Source: a virus. Taken from it: a stretch of DNA of 45,154 nucleotides. Shown here piece by piece: positions 16,199-24,345 of this stretch. A program made the position numbers and the translations under genes. Position 1 is the first letter of the stretch. The number at the start of each line of letters is the position of its first letter. The stretch is from the IMG/VR virus record IMGVR_UViG_3300045988_160052. The stretch is one strand, 5' to 3'. The notes under the pieces are model-generated. The model ran no database searches, was not told the DNA's origin, and saw only the letters and a program-made list of their open reading frames with translations.

Positions 16199-16581
16199 AA
16201 TCAAAAATAAATTGCACCAGAGAGCAAGCAGAAGAATTGGCTCAAAAGTTTGGAATATCTCAAGAAACAGTTGATGAATTTGAGTACAAGCCAGAACCGA
16301 AACAAACATCACTTATAACTAAAGAAGACGATGAAAGAAATAATATTGTTGGCGGTATTGATGTAAACCGCTTGCGGTCCATTATTGAACGCATTGAACG
16401 TCTTGAAGAAGAAAAGAAAGGCATTTCATCAGATATTCGTGATATTTATGCAGAAGCCAAAGGAGTGGGATTTGATACCAAAATTATTCGTGAAATTATT
16501 AAACTCCGAAAAATGAATACGGCCGACCGTGATGAACAAGAATTTTTAATTGAAACATACCGGAAAGCATTAAACATTTAG
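16195..16581 (+). CDS. GapR-like (DUF2312) DNA-binding protein with N-terminal extension
   Basis: LRSIIERIERLEEEKKGISSDIRDIYAEAKGVGFDTKIIREIIKLRKM closely follows the GapR/DUF2312 core as I recall it. Confidence 0.75.
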   Translation: MKSKINCTREQAEELAQKFGISQETVDEFEYKPEPKQTSLITKEDDERNNIVGGIDVNRLRSIIERIERLEEEKKGISSDIRDIYAEAKGVGFDTKIIREIIKLRKMNTADRDEQEFLIETYRKALNI

Positions 16582-16583
16582 TC

Positions 16584-16656
16584 GTGTGGCGGTTCCAGAG
16601 GATGAAAGGCGGCATCCTATAACGGTATAATCGGAAACGTAAAAGCTGTGCCACAC
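16584..16656 (+). other. Structured intergenic element: three nested helices (candidate leader RNA or protein-binding inverted repeats)
   Basis: P1 is GTGTGGC (16584..16590) with GCCACAC (16650..16656). P2 is GTTCC with GGAA(A)C. P3 is GGATG with CATCC. The P3 loop AAGGCGG is complementary to CCGCCTT at 16697..16703. Confidence 0.3.
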
Positions 16657-16732
16657 ACATAAACCTCATGTATTTCATAGCAGCTTAATTATACCACCGC
16701 CTTAAAATTATTTATAAATAGGGGGAATTTTT

Positions 16733-17089
16733 ATGAAGAAAATATGTTCAAGATGTAAGAGGGAGTTGCCGTTATCTTTATTTGGAAAACTTAAAACAAG
16801 CAAAGATGGCTTGCAGTATACCTGTAAAGAATGTCTAAATAAACATAATAAAGATTATCGGTCTAAGAATAAAGCCAAATGGATTGAATACAACAGAAAA
16901 TCAAAAGAAAAAACAAAAACACTTGAATACCATTCTTTATGCGATGCTATTGGTGGATATAACCTATTTATTCTGAACCACACAAAGCAAGGAGAATTTA
17001 AGTATAATATGGTTAATACGGCAACCGGGGAAATTTTTAATACCAACAACAAAGAAGATTTTATTGAACGAATAAAAAGGATAAACTAA
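16733..17089 (+). CDS. Zinc-ribbon protein (CxxC...CxxC), unknown function
   Basis: CSRCKRELPLSLFGKLKTSKDGLQYTCKEC, followed by a K-rich helix. AGGGGGA RBS. Confidence 0.55.
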   Translation: MKKICSRCKRELPLSLFGKLKTSKDGLQYTCKECLNKHNKDYRSKNKAKWIEYNRKSKEKTKTLEYHSLCDAIGGYNLFILNHTKQGEFKYNMVNTATGEIFNTNNKEDFIERIKRIN

Positions 17090-17289
17090 TGCAAAACGAA
17101 AAAGGAAAAGAAATCTACGAAATTAGAAAAACGCTAAGGATGGGCCGTCCGGCATTTGCCGAGGTTTGTTTGAAGCGTAGCGAGCAATCTGTCATTAAAT
17201 ATGAAAATGGCGAAGTTAATCCACCTGAAAAGGTTATGAAACGTGCCAGAAAATGGATGAATTTGTATAACGAAATTCATAGGGATTAG
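17089..17289 (+). CDS. XRE-type helix-turn-helix regulator (66 aa)
   Basis: IYEIRKTLRMGRPAFAEVCLKRSEQSVIKYENGEVNPP fits the XRE HTH pattern. Its start overlaps the upstream stop (TAATG). Confidence 0.6.
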   Translation: MQNEKGKEIYEIRKTLRMGRPAFAEVCLKRSEQSVIKYENGEVNPPEKVMKRARKWMNLYNEIHRD

Positions 17290-17296
17290 AATTAAT

Positions 17297-18043
17297 ATGG
17301 AACTTATAAATGACCACTTCCAAAACCGAAAACAGTACAATATACCAAAGGCTCAATTGGTAATTGCCGATATTCCATATAACATTGGCAAAAATGCATA
17401 CGGGAGCAATCCTAAATGGTATATTGACGGCGACAGTTCAAAAGGAGAAAGCAAACTAGCCGGAAAAGAATTTTTTGATACGGATAAAAACTTCCGTATT
17501 CCGGAGTTCTTTCATTTTTGTTCAAAGATGGTAAAGCCAGAGCCAAAAGAAACCAACAAAGCCGGATGCATGATTGTTTTTTGTGCTTTTGAGCAACAAT
17601 TCGATTTGATTGAAGAAGCCAAGAAACACGGATTTAAAAACTACATTCCGTTGACATTTTACAAAAACTATTCGGCCCAAGTTTTGAAAGCAAACATGAG
17701 AATTGTAGGAAATACCGAATATGCCTTGCTTTTCTATCGTGATAAATTGCCAAAGTTTAATAACAACGGCCGCATGATATTTAATACAATGCCGATGGAC
17801 AGAGATACGGAAACACCACGCATTCACCCAACACAAAAGCCTTTATCGCTTTTGAAGTACCTTATTGAGATATTCACAGACCGGGGCGATGTTGTCATAG
17901 ATCCATGTGCCGGAAGCGGATCCACCTTGCTTGCCGCCGAGCAATTAGGCCGCAAGGCGTACGGATTTGAGATTAAAAAAGAATTCTGCAGAGAATTTGA
18001 AAAAAAGTTGAATAGAGAAGTTGAAATTGAATTATCTTTTTAA
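17297..18043 (+). CDS. N6-adenine/N4-cytosine DNA methyltransferase (beta class)
   Basis: ADIPYN (a DPPY variant), HPTQKP and IDPCAGSGST. Confidence 0.8.
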   Translation: MELINDHFQNRKQYNIPKAQLVIADIPYNIGKNAYGSNPKWYIDGDSSKGESKLAGKEFFDTDKNFRIPEFFHFCSKMVKPEPKETNKAGCMIVFCAFEQQFDLIEEAKKHGFKNYIPLTFYKNYSAQVLKANMRIVGNTEYALLFYRDKLPKFNNNGRMIFNTMPMDRDTETPRIHPTQKPLSLLKYLIEIFTDRGDVVIDPCAGSGSTLLAAEQLGRKAYGFEIKKEFCREFEKKLNREVEIELSF

Positions 18044-18058
18044 AAAAGGGGAATAAAT

Positions 18059-19132
18059 ATGAGAACGAGCGAATATGTATCAATTGGACATCCGGATAAA
18101 ATTGCGGACCTTATAAGCGAGTACATTCTTGACCGCATTCTTGAGCAAGATCCAAATGCCAGATATGCATTGGAAGTGCAGATAAAAGACAACCATGTAA
18201 CCCTTGGCGGGGAAATCACCACAAAAGCCGATATTTCTGCCGAAAAATGGGTAAAAGAAGCCGTTGAGGAAATCGGTTATACAAAGAAATATTCCGAAAA
18301 ATGGGGTAAGGAAAATACAATTTGCTCGGATGATTTGGAAGTCCGTAGCCTTATATCAGCACAAAGCTTGGATATTGCTCAGGGCGTAGATATTGACGGA
18401 TGGGGCGATCAAGGCATATTCTTTGGATATGCGGAAAACAACCCAGATACGAATTATATGCCGTTGGATTATTTCCTTGCCAAAGATTTGAACAATCTGT
18501 TATATTCAAAAGCCAAAAAAGGCATTGGCGGATTGGATATTAAAACACAAATCACACTTGATGATGAAGATATGGTTGATGAAATCATCGTTGCTATTCC
18601 GGTAAAAGATGGCCGTGAATTAGCTAAAATCAGAGATATTGTAGATAAATGGGCAGGAAAGCAGAACATCACACCTACAACAGTAACCGTAATTAACGGC
18701 ACCGGAAAATACATCAAGCATTCATCAATGGGAGATTGCGGAACCACCGGCCGAAAGCTTGCGGTAGACTTCTATGGCGGAAACTCCCCCATCGGGGGCG
18801 GATGCCCATGGACAAAGGACGGAACCAAGGCAGACCTTGCCCTTAATGTTATTTCCAGATTTTTGGCGTTAAATGAATTAAAAGTATCTACGCATCCTTA
18901 TAAACACATTTGCGAAACAAAAATAAGCTGCTGCATCGGAAAGTCAGATATTATTTATTCATACGCCATAAAAGATAAATACGGCCAGATTTTGGAAAAA
19001 AACACCGAAAGAGCATATGCATCACCCAGAGAAGTGATTGAACAGTTCGAATTGAGAAATCCTAAATTTGCTTCTCTTTGCAAAAAGGGTTTATTTGGTG
19101 TTCCGGACACAGAGCATATTTGGGAGTTATAG
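18059..19132 (+). CDS. metK: S-adenosylmethionine synthetase, shortened phage form (357 aa)
   Basis: GHPDKIADLIS, GDQGIFFGYA, LDIKTQIT and GDCGTTGRKLAVDFYGG match MetK signatures. The C-terminal motif diverges (GGGCPWTKDGTKAD). Confidence 0.85.
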   Translation: MRTSEYVSIGHPDKIADLISEYILDRILEQDPNARYALEVQIKDNHVTLGGEITTKADISAEKWVKEAVEEIGYTKKYSEKWGKENTICSDDLEVRSLISAQSLDIAQGVDIDGWGDQGIFFGYAENNPDTNYMPLDYFLAKDLNNLLYSKAKKGIGGLDIKTQITLDDEDMVDEIIVAIPVKDGRELAKIRDIVDKWAGKQNITPTTVTVINGTGKYIKHSSMGDCGTTGRKLAVDFYGGNSPIGGGCPWTKDGTKADLALNVISRFLALNELKVSTHPYKHICETKISCCIGKSDIIYSYAIKDKYGQILEKNTERAYASPREVIEQFELRNPKFASLCKKGLFGVPDTEHIWEL

Positions 19133-19135
19133 AAA

Positions 19136-19351
19136 ATGCCTTTTGTAGAAGTCAAAAACGATAATGGATCCACAACCTATAGATGGGTAAAGGATATTGA
19201 CAAATACAATGAACAGAACTATCAAAATGAACAGCAAGGGGATTTGACAACCGGAACAGCTTCCCTTGTTGCTCTTGATATATCAAAGGAAAAATATAAC
19301 CAAATTTTTAAGAGGGGGGAAAACAATGTTAGAGAAAGAGGAAAATGTTAA
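19136..19351 (+). CDS. Small hypothetical protein (71 aa)
   Basis: Starts 4 nt after the metK stop. Overlaps the next gene's start. Confidence 0.45.
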   Translation: MPFVEVKNDNGSTTYRWVKDIDKYNEQNYQNEQQGDLTTGTASLVALDISKEKYNQIFKRGENNVRERGKC

Positions 19352-19805
19352 TCCTGATAAATATGCACTTGAAGAACCTTTGATTTTTAAGTCAATTATT
19401 TGTGACATCATAAAAAACAAGGAAATACTTGAACAGCTTAATGATGTTAAAAGCAAATACATTGAGGAAATATCTAAGATTTGCAATGCCGATAAAGAAG
19501 ATTTTAATGACATCTCCAACATTTATGTATTGGCACAAGATATTTATAACAACATCATCGGATTTATTGCGGTAGGATTAAACCCGGCGGTTCGGGAAGT
19601 GTGGGCGTGCCACGTCTACACCCTGCCGGAATATCGGAAAAAGGGCGTATATCGGGATATGATGGAAAGATTAAAGTTATTTACATCACAAATTGGGTTT
19701 AAAAGAATTGTCGTTGGCGTTTATAAAGTCAATAAACCGAGCAAAAGAACTCACTTAAAACTAGGTTTTAAACCCATTATTGACATCATGCATCTTGATT
19801 TATAG
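19326..19805 (+). CDS. GNAT-family acetyltransferase-like protein
   Basis: VYTLPEYRKKGVYRDMMERL resembles GNAT motif A. GGGGGGA RBS before the internal ATG 19326. Confidence 0.5.
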   Translation: MLEKEENVNPDKYALEEPLIFKSIICDIIKNKEILEQLNDVKSKYIEEISKICNADKEDFNDISNIYVLAQDIYNNIIGFIAVGLNPAVREVWACHVYTLPEYRKKGVYRDMMERLKLFTSQIGFKRIVVGVYKVNKPSKRTHLKLGFKPIIDIMHLDL

Positions 19806-19848
19806 CCTATTTTATCGGGAAAATATTATAATTTGGGAGAAAATAGCT

Positions 19849-20328
19849 ATGCCAAGAGGGAATAAACAAACATTAAAAGTCTACACCTCGGAAGAAGCTC
19901 GCTTTTATGGATCCATGGGCGGAAAAGCTTCAGCCGATGCACGAAGACGGAAAAAAAGCCTAAAAGAACTCACGCAAGCCTTGCTTGAGATGAAACCGCA
20001 TGAAAAGATAGCAGAAAGGTCAAAAATGCTTTTTCCTGGCGTTGATCCGGAAGATTTAACAAATGGCATGATTTTGGCCATGGCAATGTTTGATAAGGCG
20101 ATAAAAGACCAAGATGTCAAAGCGGCTCAGTTTGTGAGGGATACGGCCGGAGAGGTGCCGGAGCAGATAATCAACGGAAATCTTGGACAATCTACCGTCT
20201 TTGTGACCGAGCAAGACCAAAACAAAATCATCAAGCATATTCAAGAAGTATTAAATGATGGCCAACCAAAAACAGAAAAAACAACCAAAAAAGCAAGCAA
20301 GCCCAAAAAAGGAACGAAAAAGAAGTAA
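19849..20328 (+). CDS. Putative terminase small subunit
   Basis: The basic N-terminus MPRGNKQ...GSMGGKASADARRRKK is typical of small-terminase/DNA-binding N-termini. It lies directly upstream of and overlaps the large terminase. Confidence 0.5.
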   Translation: MPRGNKQTLKVYTSEEARFYGSMGGKASADARRRKKSLKELTQALLEMKPHEKIAERSKMLFPGVDPEDLTNGMILAMAMFDKAIKDQDVKAAQFVRDTAGEVPEQIINGNLGQSTVFVTEQDQNKIIKHIQEVLNDGQPKTEKTTKKASKPKKGTKKK

Positions 20329-21796
20329 TACATCGGAAGATATAAACCGAGAATACCTTGGCAAGACCTTGCTTGATGCCGGCTTTGAGGTTTGGTTCCG
20401 ATACATGTTCCGAGTTCTTGAGGGTAAGCCCTTTATAATGGACCGTATCCACAAGGATATGTTCAACGTTTTTGATGACCTTTATTATTTGCGAATAACT
20501 CGTGAATGCATGAACATTCCGCCACGAGCCGGAAAAACCACCATCTGCAAATATTGGCTTATTTATTGCCTAACCAAAAACCCACGGTGTAATTTTATTT
20601 ATACATCATTCTCCCAAATGCTCCTATCCGACATTGCCAGAGAAGTGGCTCAAATTTTAGAGCATCCGATTTACAAAGAACTCTACGGAAACGGATTAAT
20701 CGGTATGGAAGAAAAGGAAGAAAACCCGATTGATGACTTTTGGCGAGAATATCTCTTGCAAGAAACAGGTAAAGCGGTATATGCAAGTAAACGCATCATC
20801 ACCGCAAAAGGCGGACAAATTCTATTTGCATCTATCGGATCCACCATCACCGGATTTGGTGCCGGCATAAGAGGGGCGAAAGGTTTCTCCGGAGCCTTAA
20901 TCATAGACGATGCGAACAAGCCGGCCGATATCATGTCCGAAACCATGAGGGATAAAGTCCGCAAATACTATGACGAAACCTTGCTGTCACGTTTAAACGA
21001 CAGTAACGTGCCAATATTTAACATTCAGCAAAGGCTCCACCTTGGCGATTTATCCGGATATTTGCTTGAACAATACAAATTTGACAGCATCATAAAGCCG
21101 TTGCTTGAACCGGACGGAACATGCAACATTGAAAGCCAATACACCCCTGAGCGTATTAAAGAAATCTCATTTAATGACACCATGTTTCAAGCACAATATC
21201 AGCAATCACCGGTGGCAGAAAAAGGAAACATTATTCAGCGTGATTGGTGGGTATATTACGATGCTGACATTACAACAATAGATGGAAAACTTATAATAAC
21301 GGCCGACACAGCATACAAGAAAACCAAAACCGCCGACTATTCATGCTTCCAAGTTTGGGAGCTGTTACGCAAAGAGATGCGTTTGCGTGATATGATTGTA
21401 GGTAAATGGGAATTCCCCGAACTTTTGGAGAAAGCAAGCCAAATATGGCGGAAGTGGACAGATAACAGTTTAATTAATCCGGCCGCATTTATGTACATTG
21501 AAGACAAAGCATCAGGCATTAGCTTGGAGCAAACGCTTATTCAATCCGGCATCAATGCCATTTGTTGGAAGCCAAAAGAATATGACTACCCAGAGGATAA
21601 AGTCGGCAGAACGAGAGAGCTCTCATGGGATGTATACCGTGGTCTTGTAAAATTAAAAAAAGATGATAAAATGAGCCAGTATCTAGTTAATGAGGCGGCA
21701 TTGTTTGCTGAAGATATGTCGCACGCTCATGACGACAGCGTTGATAGTGCATCAATGGCCCATTCTATTTGGAGATATGCCGGGGGCGGACAATAA
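20255..21796 (+). CDS. terL: Terminase large subunit
   Basis: Walker A-like PPRAGKTT and Walker B-like ALIIDDANK. C-terminal nuclease-like acidic motifs (ITADTAYK, IEDKASG, HDDSVDS). The start is uncertain: it overlaps the previous gene by 74 nt and has a weak RBS. Confidence 0.8.
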   Translation: MMANQKQKKQPKKQASPKKERKRSNTSEDINREYLGKTLLDAGFEVWFRYMFRVLEGKPFIMDRIHKDMFNVFDDLYYLRITRECMNIPPRAGKTTICKYWLIYCLTKNPRCNFIYTSFSQMLLSDIAREVAQILEHPIYKELYGNGLIGMEEKEENPIDDFWREYLLQETGKAVYASKRIITAKGGQILFASIGSTITGFGAGIRGAKGFSGALIIDDANKPADIMSETMRDKVRKYYDETLLSRLNDSNVPIFNIQQRLHLGDLSGYLLEQYKFDSIIKPLLEPDGTCNIESQYTPERIKEISFNDTMFQAQYQQSPVAEKGNIIQRDWWVYYDADITTIDGKLIITADTAYKKTKTADYSCFQVWELLRKEMRLRDMIVGKWEFPELLEKASQIWRKWTDNSLINPAAFMYIEDKASGISLEQTLIQSGINAICWKPKEYDYPEDKVGRTRELSWDVYRGLVKLKKDDKMSQYLVNEAALFAEDMSHAHDDSVDSASMAHSIWRYAGGGQ

Positions 21797-21812
21797 CAGA
21801 GGATTATAACAT

Positions 21813-23279
21813 ATGACCAGACGTAGCAAGAGCAAAAAAAACATTTTAGTGAAAAATACTATCCTAAGAGGTGCCGGAGCAAATACGGTTCAAGATAGAG
21901 GAAGCCAACAAACGGCAGCCATATATTCACGCAATCCATATTTTAGAAATGACTTTTATAGCCGTTGGCAGGAGTGGGTGCGTTGGTACAATACCAGTTG
22001 GGAAGCCGGAAAAATTGTGGATATCCCTGTTCAGGATGCATTCCGCATACCGGTAAAGATTACCGGAATAGAACAGCCGGATATTGAAGCCATTGAAAAA
22101 TATATGAAATACCTTGATGTTAATAACAACTTCAAACGAGCCGCCACCATAGAGCGATTGCTCGGCGGTTGCGTTATCATTATTGGCGTGAAAGACAGCA
22201 AAGATGATCCGGAAGAAGTTCTCGATCTTAAAACAATAAAAAAAGGCGATATTACATTCTTGAATGTTATCAGCACCGAGAAAATAACAAAGTGCGAATA
22301 TGATGATGATGTATTCAGCCCATCATACGACAAGCCAAAATATTACATGATAAACGGGGTAAAAACCCACGTCAGCCGATTAATTATCTTTGATGGCGAT
22401 CCATTATTTAATCACACATCTATGAACTTGCTTCAGAACTTCCGCTACAATCCTGCCGGATTTGGCGAGAGTGTATTATCCAGATTATATGATAGCCTTG
22501 TGCGAGCAACCGGAACGCAAGAGGGAGCATATCACCTTGTGAACCTTGCAAGCGTTTTATTAGTAAAATGCGAAAGATTTATTGACCTACAAGCCACCAA
22601 ACAAGGCAATTCTGCCTTAAATATGCTCGATAAGATTGCCGAGCAATTAAGCATCTACCGTGGGGCGGTTATTGATGGAAAGGGAACAGAGATAGCTCAA
22701 CACTCCGCAACATTTGGAAGCGTGCCGGAACTTTTAAATACATATCTTCAAATTCTTGCGGCCGGATCCGATATCCCGGCAACTCGTTTCTTGGGCGATA
22801 GCCCATCAGGATTAAACTCAACCGGAGAGAGCGACCTAGAAAACTATTATAACAACATTGACAGCTACCAAACCACACGCTTAGAGCCAAAATATAGAAA
22901 GATGCTTGATATTATCGGCTCATCCATCTGGGGCTTTGAAATTTGGAAAGAAAAATCGCAAAACCTAGCATTTGAGTTTGAGCCGCTTTGGAACATCAAC
23001 AAAATGGATCAAGCAACCGTTGACAAGACAAGAGCCGACATTCTCCGCCAGTTCAAAGAAGATGGCATCATTAGCGACAAGCAATATGCCGAAGAAATCA
23101 ATAGCAAGAAAATTCTTGATATTGAACTTGACGTGGAAGAATATGACGAAGAACGAGAAGAATTGATTGACGGCTCCGATATCCCTAGCTTGCGTGATGA
23201 AACGGACCGAGTAATTGATACCATAGGAGCAAAGCCAAATGTCGATAGTGGTGCTAAATCAGAAGCCGGACAAGGTTAA
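21813..23279 (+). CDS. Portal protein (DUF1073/HI1409-like)
   Basis: 488 aa immediately after terL. Acidic C-terminal tail. The family assignment is from memory of the N-terminal pattern. Confidence 0.7.
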   Translation: MTRRSKSKKNILVKNTILRGAGANTVQDRGSQQTAAIYSRNPYFRNDFYSRWQEWVRWYNTSWEAGKIVDIPVQDAFRIPVKITGIEQPDIEAIEKYMKYLDVNNNFKRAATIERLLGGCVIIIGVKDSKDDPEEVLDLKTIKKGDITFLNVISTEKITKCEYDDDVFSPSYDKPKYYMINGVKTHVSRLIIFDGDPLFNHTSMNLLQNFRYNPAGFGESVLSRLYDSLVRATGTQEGAYHLVNLASVLLVKCERFIDLQATKQGNSALNMLDKIAEQLSIYRGAVIDGKGTEIAQHSATFGSVPELLNTYLQILAAGSDIPATRFLGDSPSGLNSTGESDLENYYNNIDSYQTTRLEPKYRKMLDIIGSSIWGFEIWKEKSQNLAFEFEPLWNINKMDQATVDKTRADILRQFKEDGIISDKQYAEEINSKKILDIELDVEEYDEEREELIDGSDIPSLRDETDRVIDTIGAKPNVDSGAKSEAGQG

Positions 23280-24135
23280 AAAAAGCCAAAAAGGCAATCC
23301 GATAAAAACTCCTAAGAGTTTGGAAGATGATGCGAGAGTAAGCATTAACCGCATTGTGCGAGAAGTTAATGCAGAACTCCGCACCATATCGGACAATGCA
23401 AAAACAAACACACCGGAGCAAACATCCGCACTCTTAAACGACTTCAAACGCAGATGGCGGAGCATTATTGAACAAAGGGCCGACACCATCAGCAAGGCAT
23501 GGGTTGAAGCCATTGATGAAAATAACTATGAAAAGACAATGGCCATGCTCCGTAAAGCATTCGGCATAGAAATATCAACCATTTTGGAAGATAAAGACAT
23601 TGCCGATACATTGGAAGCCATGCGGCTCAATATGGTTAATCTTATTGTAACCATACCAGAAGAAGCACTTAAAAGGGTTGCCTTGCGTATTTATGAAAAC
23701 TACCAAGGTATAGCCATGCCGGAAAACCGCACGCTTCAGCAACAAATAAGTCAAGAGTTCAAAACCACATACCGACAAGCCAAAGTCATCGCTCGTGACC
23801 AAACGGCCAAGATAAACTCATCATTAAACAAAATAAGACAAGAAAAGCTTGGCGTTGATATTTATATCTGGCAGACAATGCGAGATAGCCGAGTAGTGGG
23901 TAAACCGGGCGGATTATACCCCAAAGGCAACGATAAACACGGAAATCACTACATCATGCAAGGTTTATATTGTAAATACAGTGATCCGACCGTATTCTCC
24001 ACAGATGGCAAGACATGGCGGAAAAGAACCTCACAAATGCCAAAGGGCGAACCGGGAACAGATATTCAATGCCGATGCTTTGCTGAACCGGTTTTATACT
24101 GGGAAGCCGTCAAGAAAAATCTTGTTGTAGCCTAA
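23239..24135 (+). CDS. Head morphogenesis protein (Mu F / SPP1 gp7-like minor capsid protein)
   Basis: Position after the portal. The C-terminal region GNHYIMQGLY...DIQCRCFAEP is typical of the gp7/MuF family. Confidence 0.65.
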   Translation: MSIVVLNQKPDKVKKSQKGNPIKTPKSLEDDARVSINRIVREVNAELRTISDNAKTNTPEQTSALLNDFKRRWRSIIEQRADTISKAWVEAIDENNYEKTMAMLRKAFGIEISTILEDKDIADTLEAMRLNMVNLIVTIPEEALKRVALRIYENYQGIAMPENRTLQQQISQEFKTTYRQAKVIARDQTAKINSSLNKIRQEKLGVDIYIWQTMRDSRVVGKPGGLYPKGNDKHGNHYIMQGLYCKYSDPTVFSTDGKTWRKRTSQMPKGEPGTDIQCRCFAEPVLYWEAVKKNLVVA

Positions 24136-24144
24136 GAAAACCAA

Positions 24145-24173
24145 GCACTCCAGAAAAGGGGTGCATTTTTTTT
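24145..24173 (+). terminator. Intrinsic terminator
   Basis: GCACTCC agaaaa GGGGTGC followed by a T8 run. Confidence 0.75.
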
Positions 24174-24194
24174 GAAAAAAATTGAAAAAAGTTC

Positions 24195-24221
24195 TTGCAT
24201 ATTATAATTTTTTATTATAAC
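24195..24221 (+). promoter_or_regulatory. Promoter of the accessory cassette (TTGCAT-N15-TATAAC)
   Basis: Its 22-nt core attataattttttattataa is identical to the early promoter at 8592..8613. Confidence 0.55.
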
Positions 24222-24254
24222 TTTACAACAGATACAACAAAAGGAGTTATAGAA

Positions 24255-24344
24255 ATGAGAGATTATTTTATTTTGGGATTTATGATTGGTTTTAGTATTG
24301 TGTATTTTGGCGGAATGGGCTTAATCAGATTGGGAGCTTTCTAA
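24255..24344 (+). CDS. Possible 29-aa hydrophobic peptide
   Basis: AAGGAG RBS. Hand-translated MRDYFILGFMIGFSIVYFGGMGLIRLGAF. Confidence 0.35.
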   Translation: MRDYFILGFMIGFSIVYFGGMGLIRLGAF

Positions 24345-24345
24345 A

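Noticed and set aside
16584-16656. Possible tRNA: 73 nt bounded by a 7-bp acceptor-like stem, GTGTGGC/GCCACAC.
   Set aside because: The cloverleaf does not form. There is no U8, no D-arm pairing, the candidate anticodon hairpin has an 8-nt loop, there is no GTTCRANYC T-loop, and the internal helices nest instead of radiating. I kept it as an unclassified structured element.
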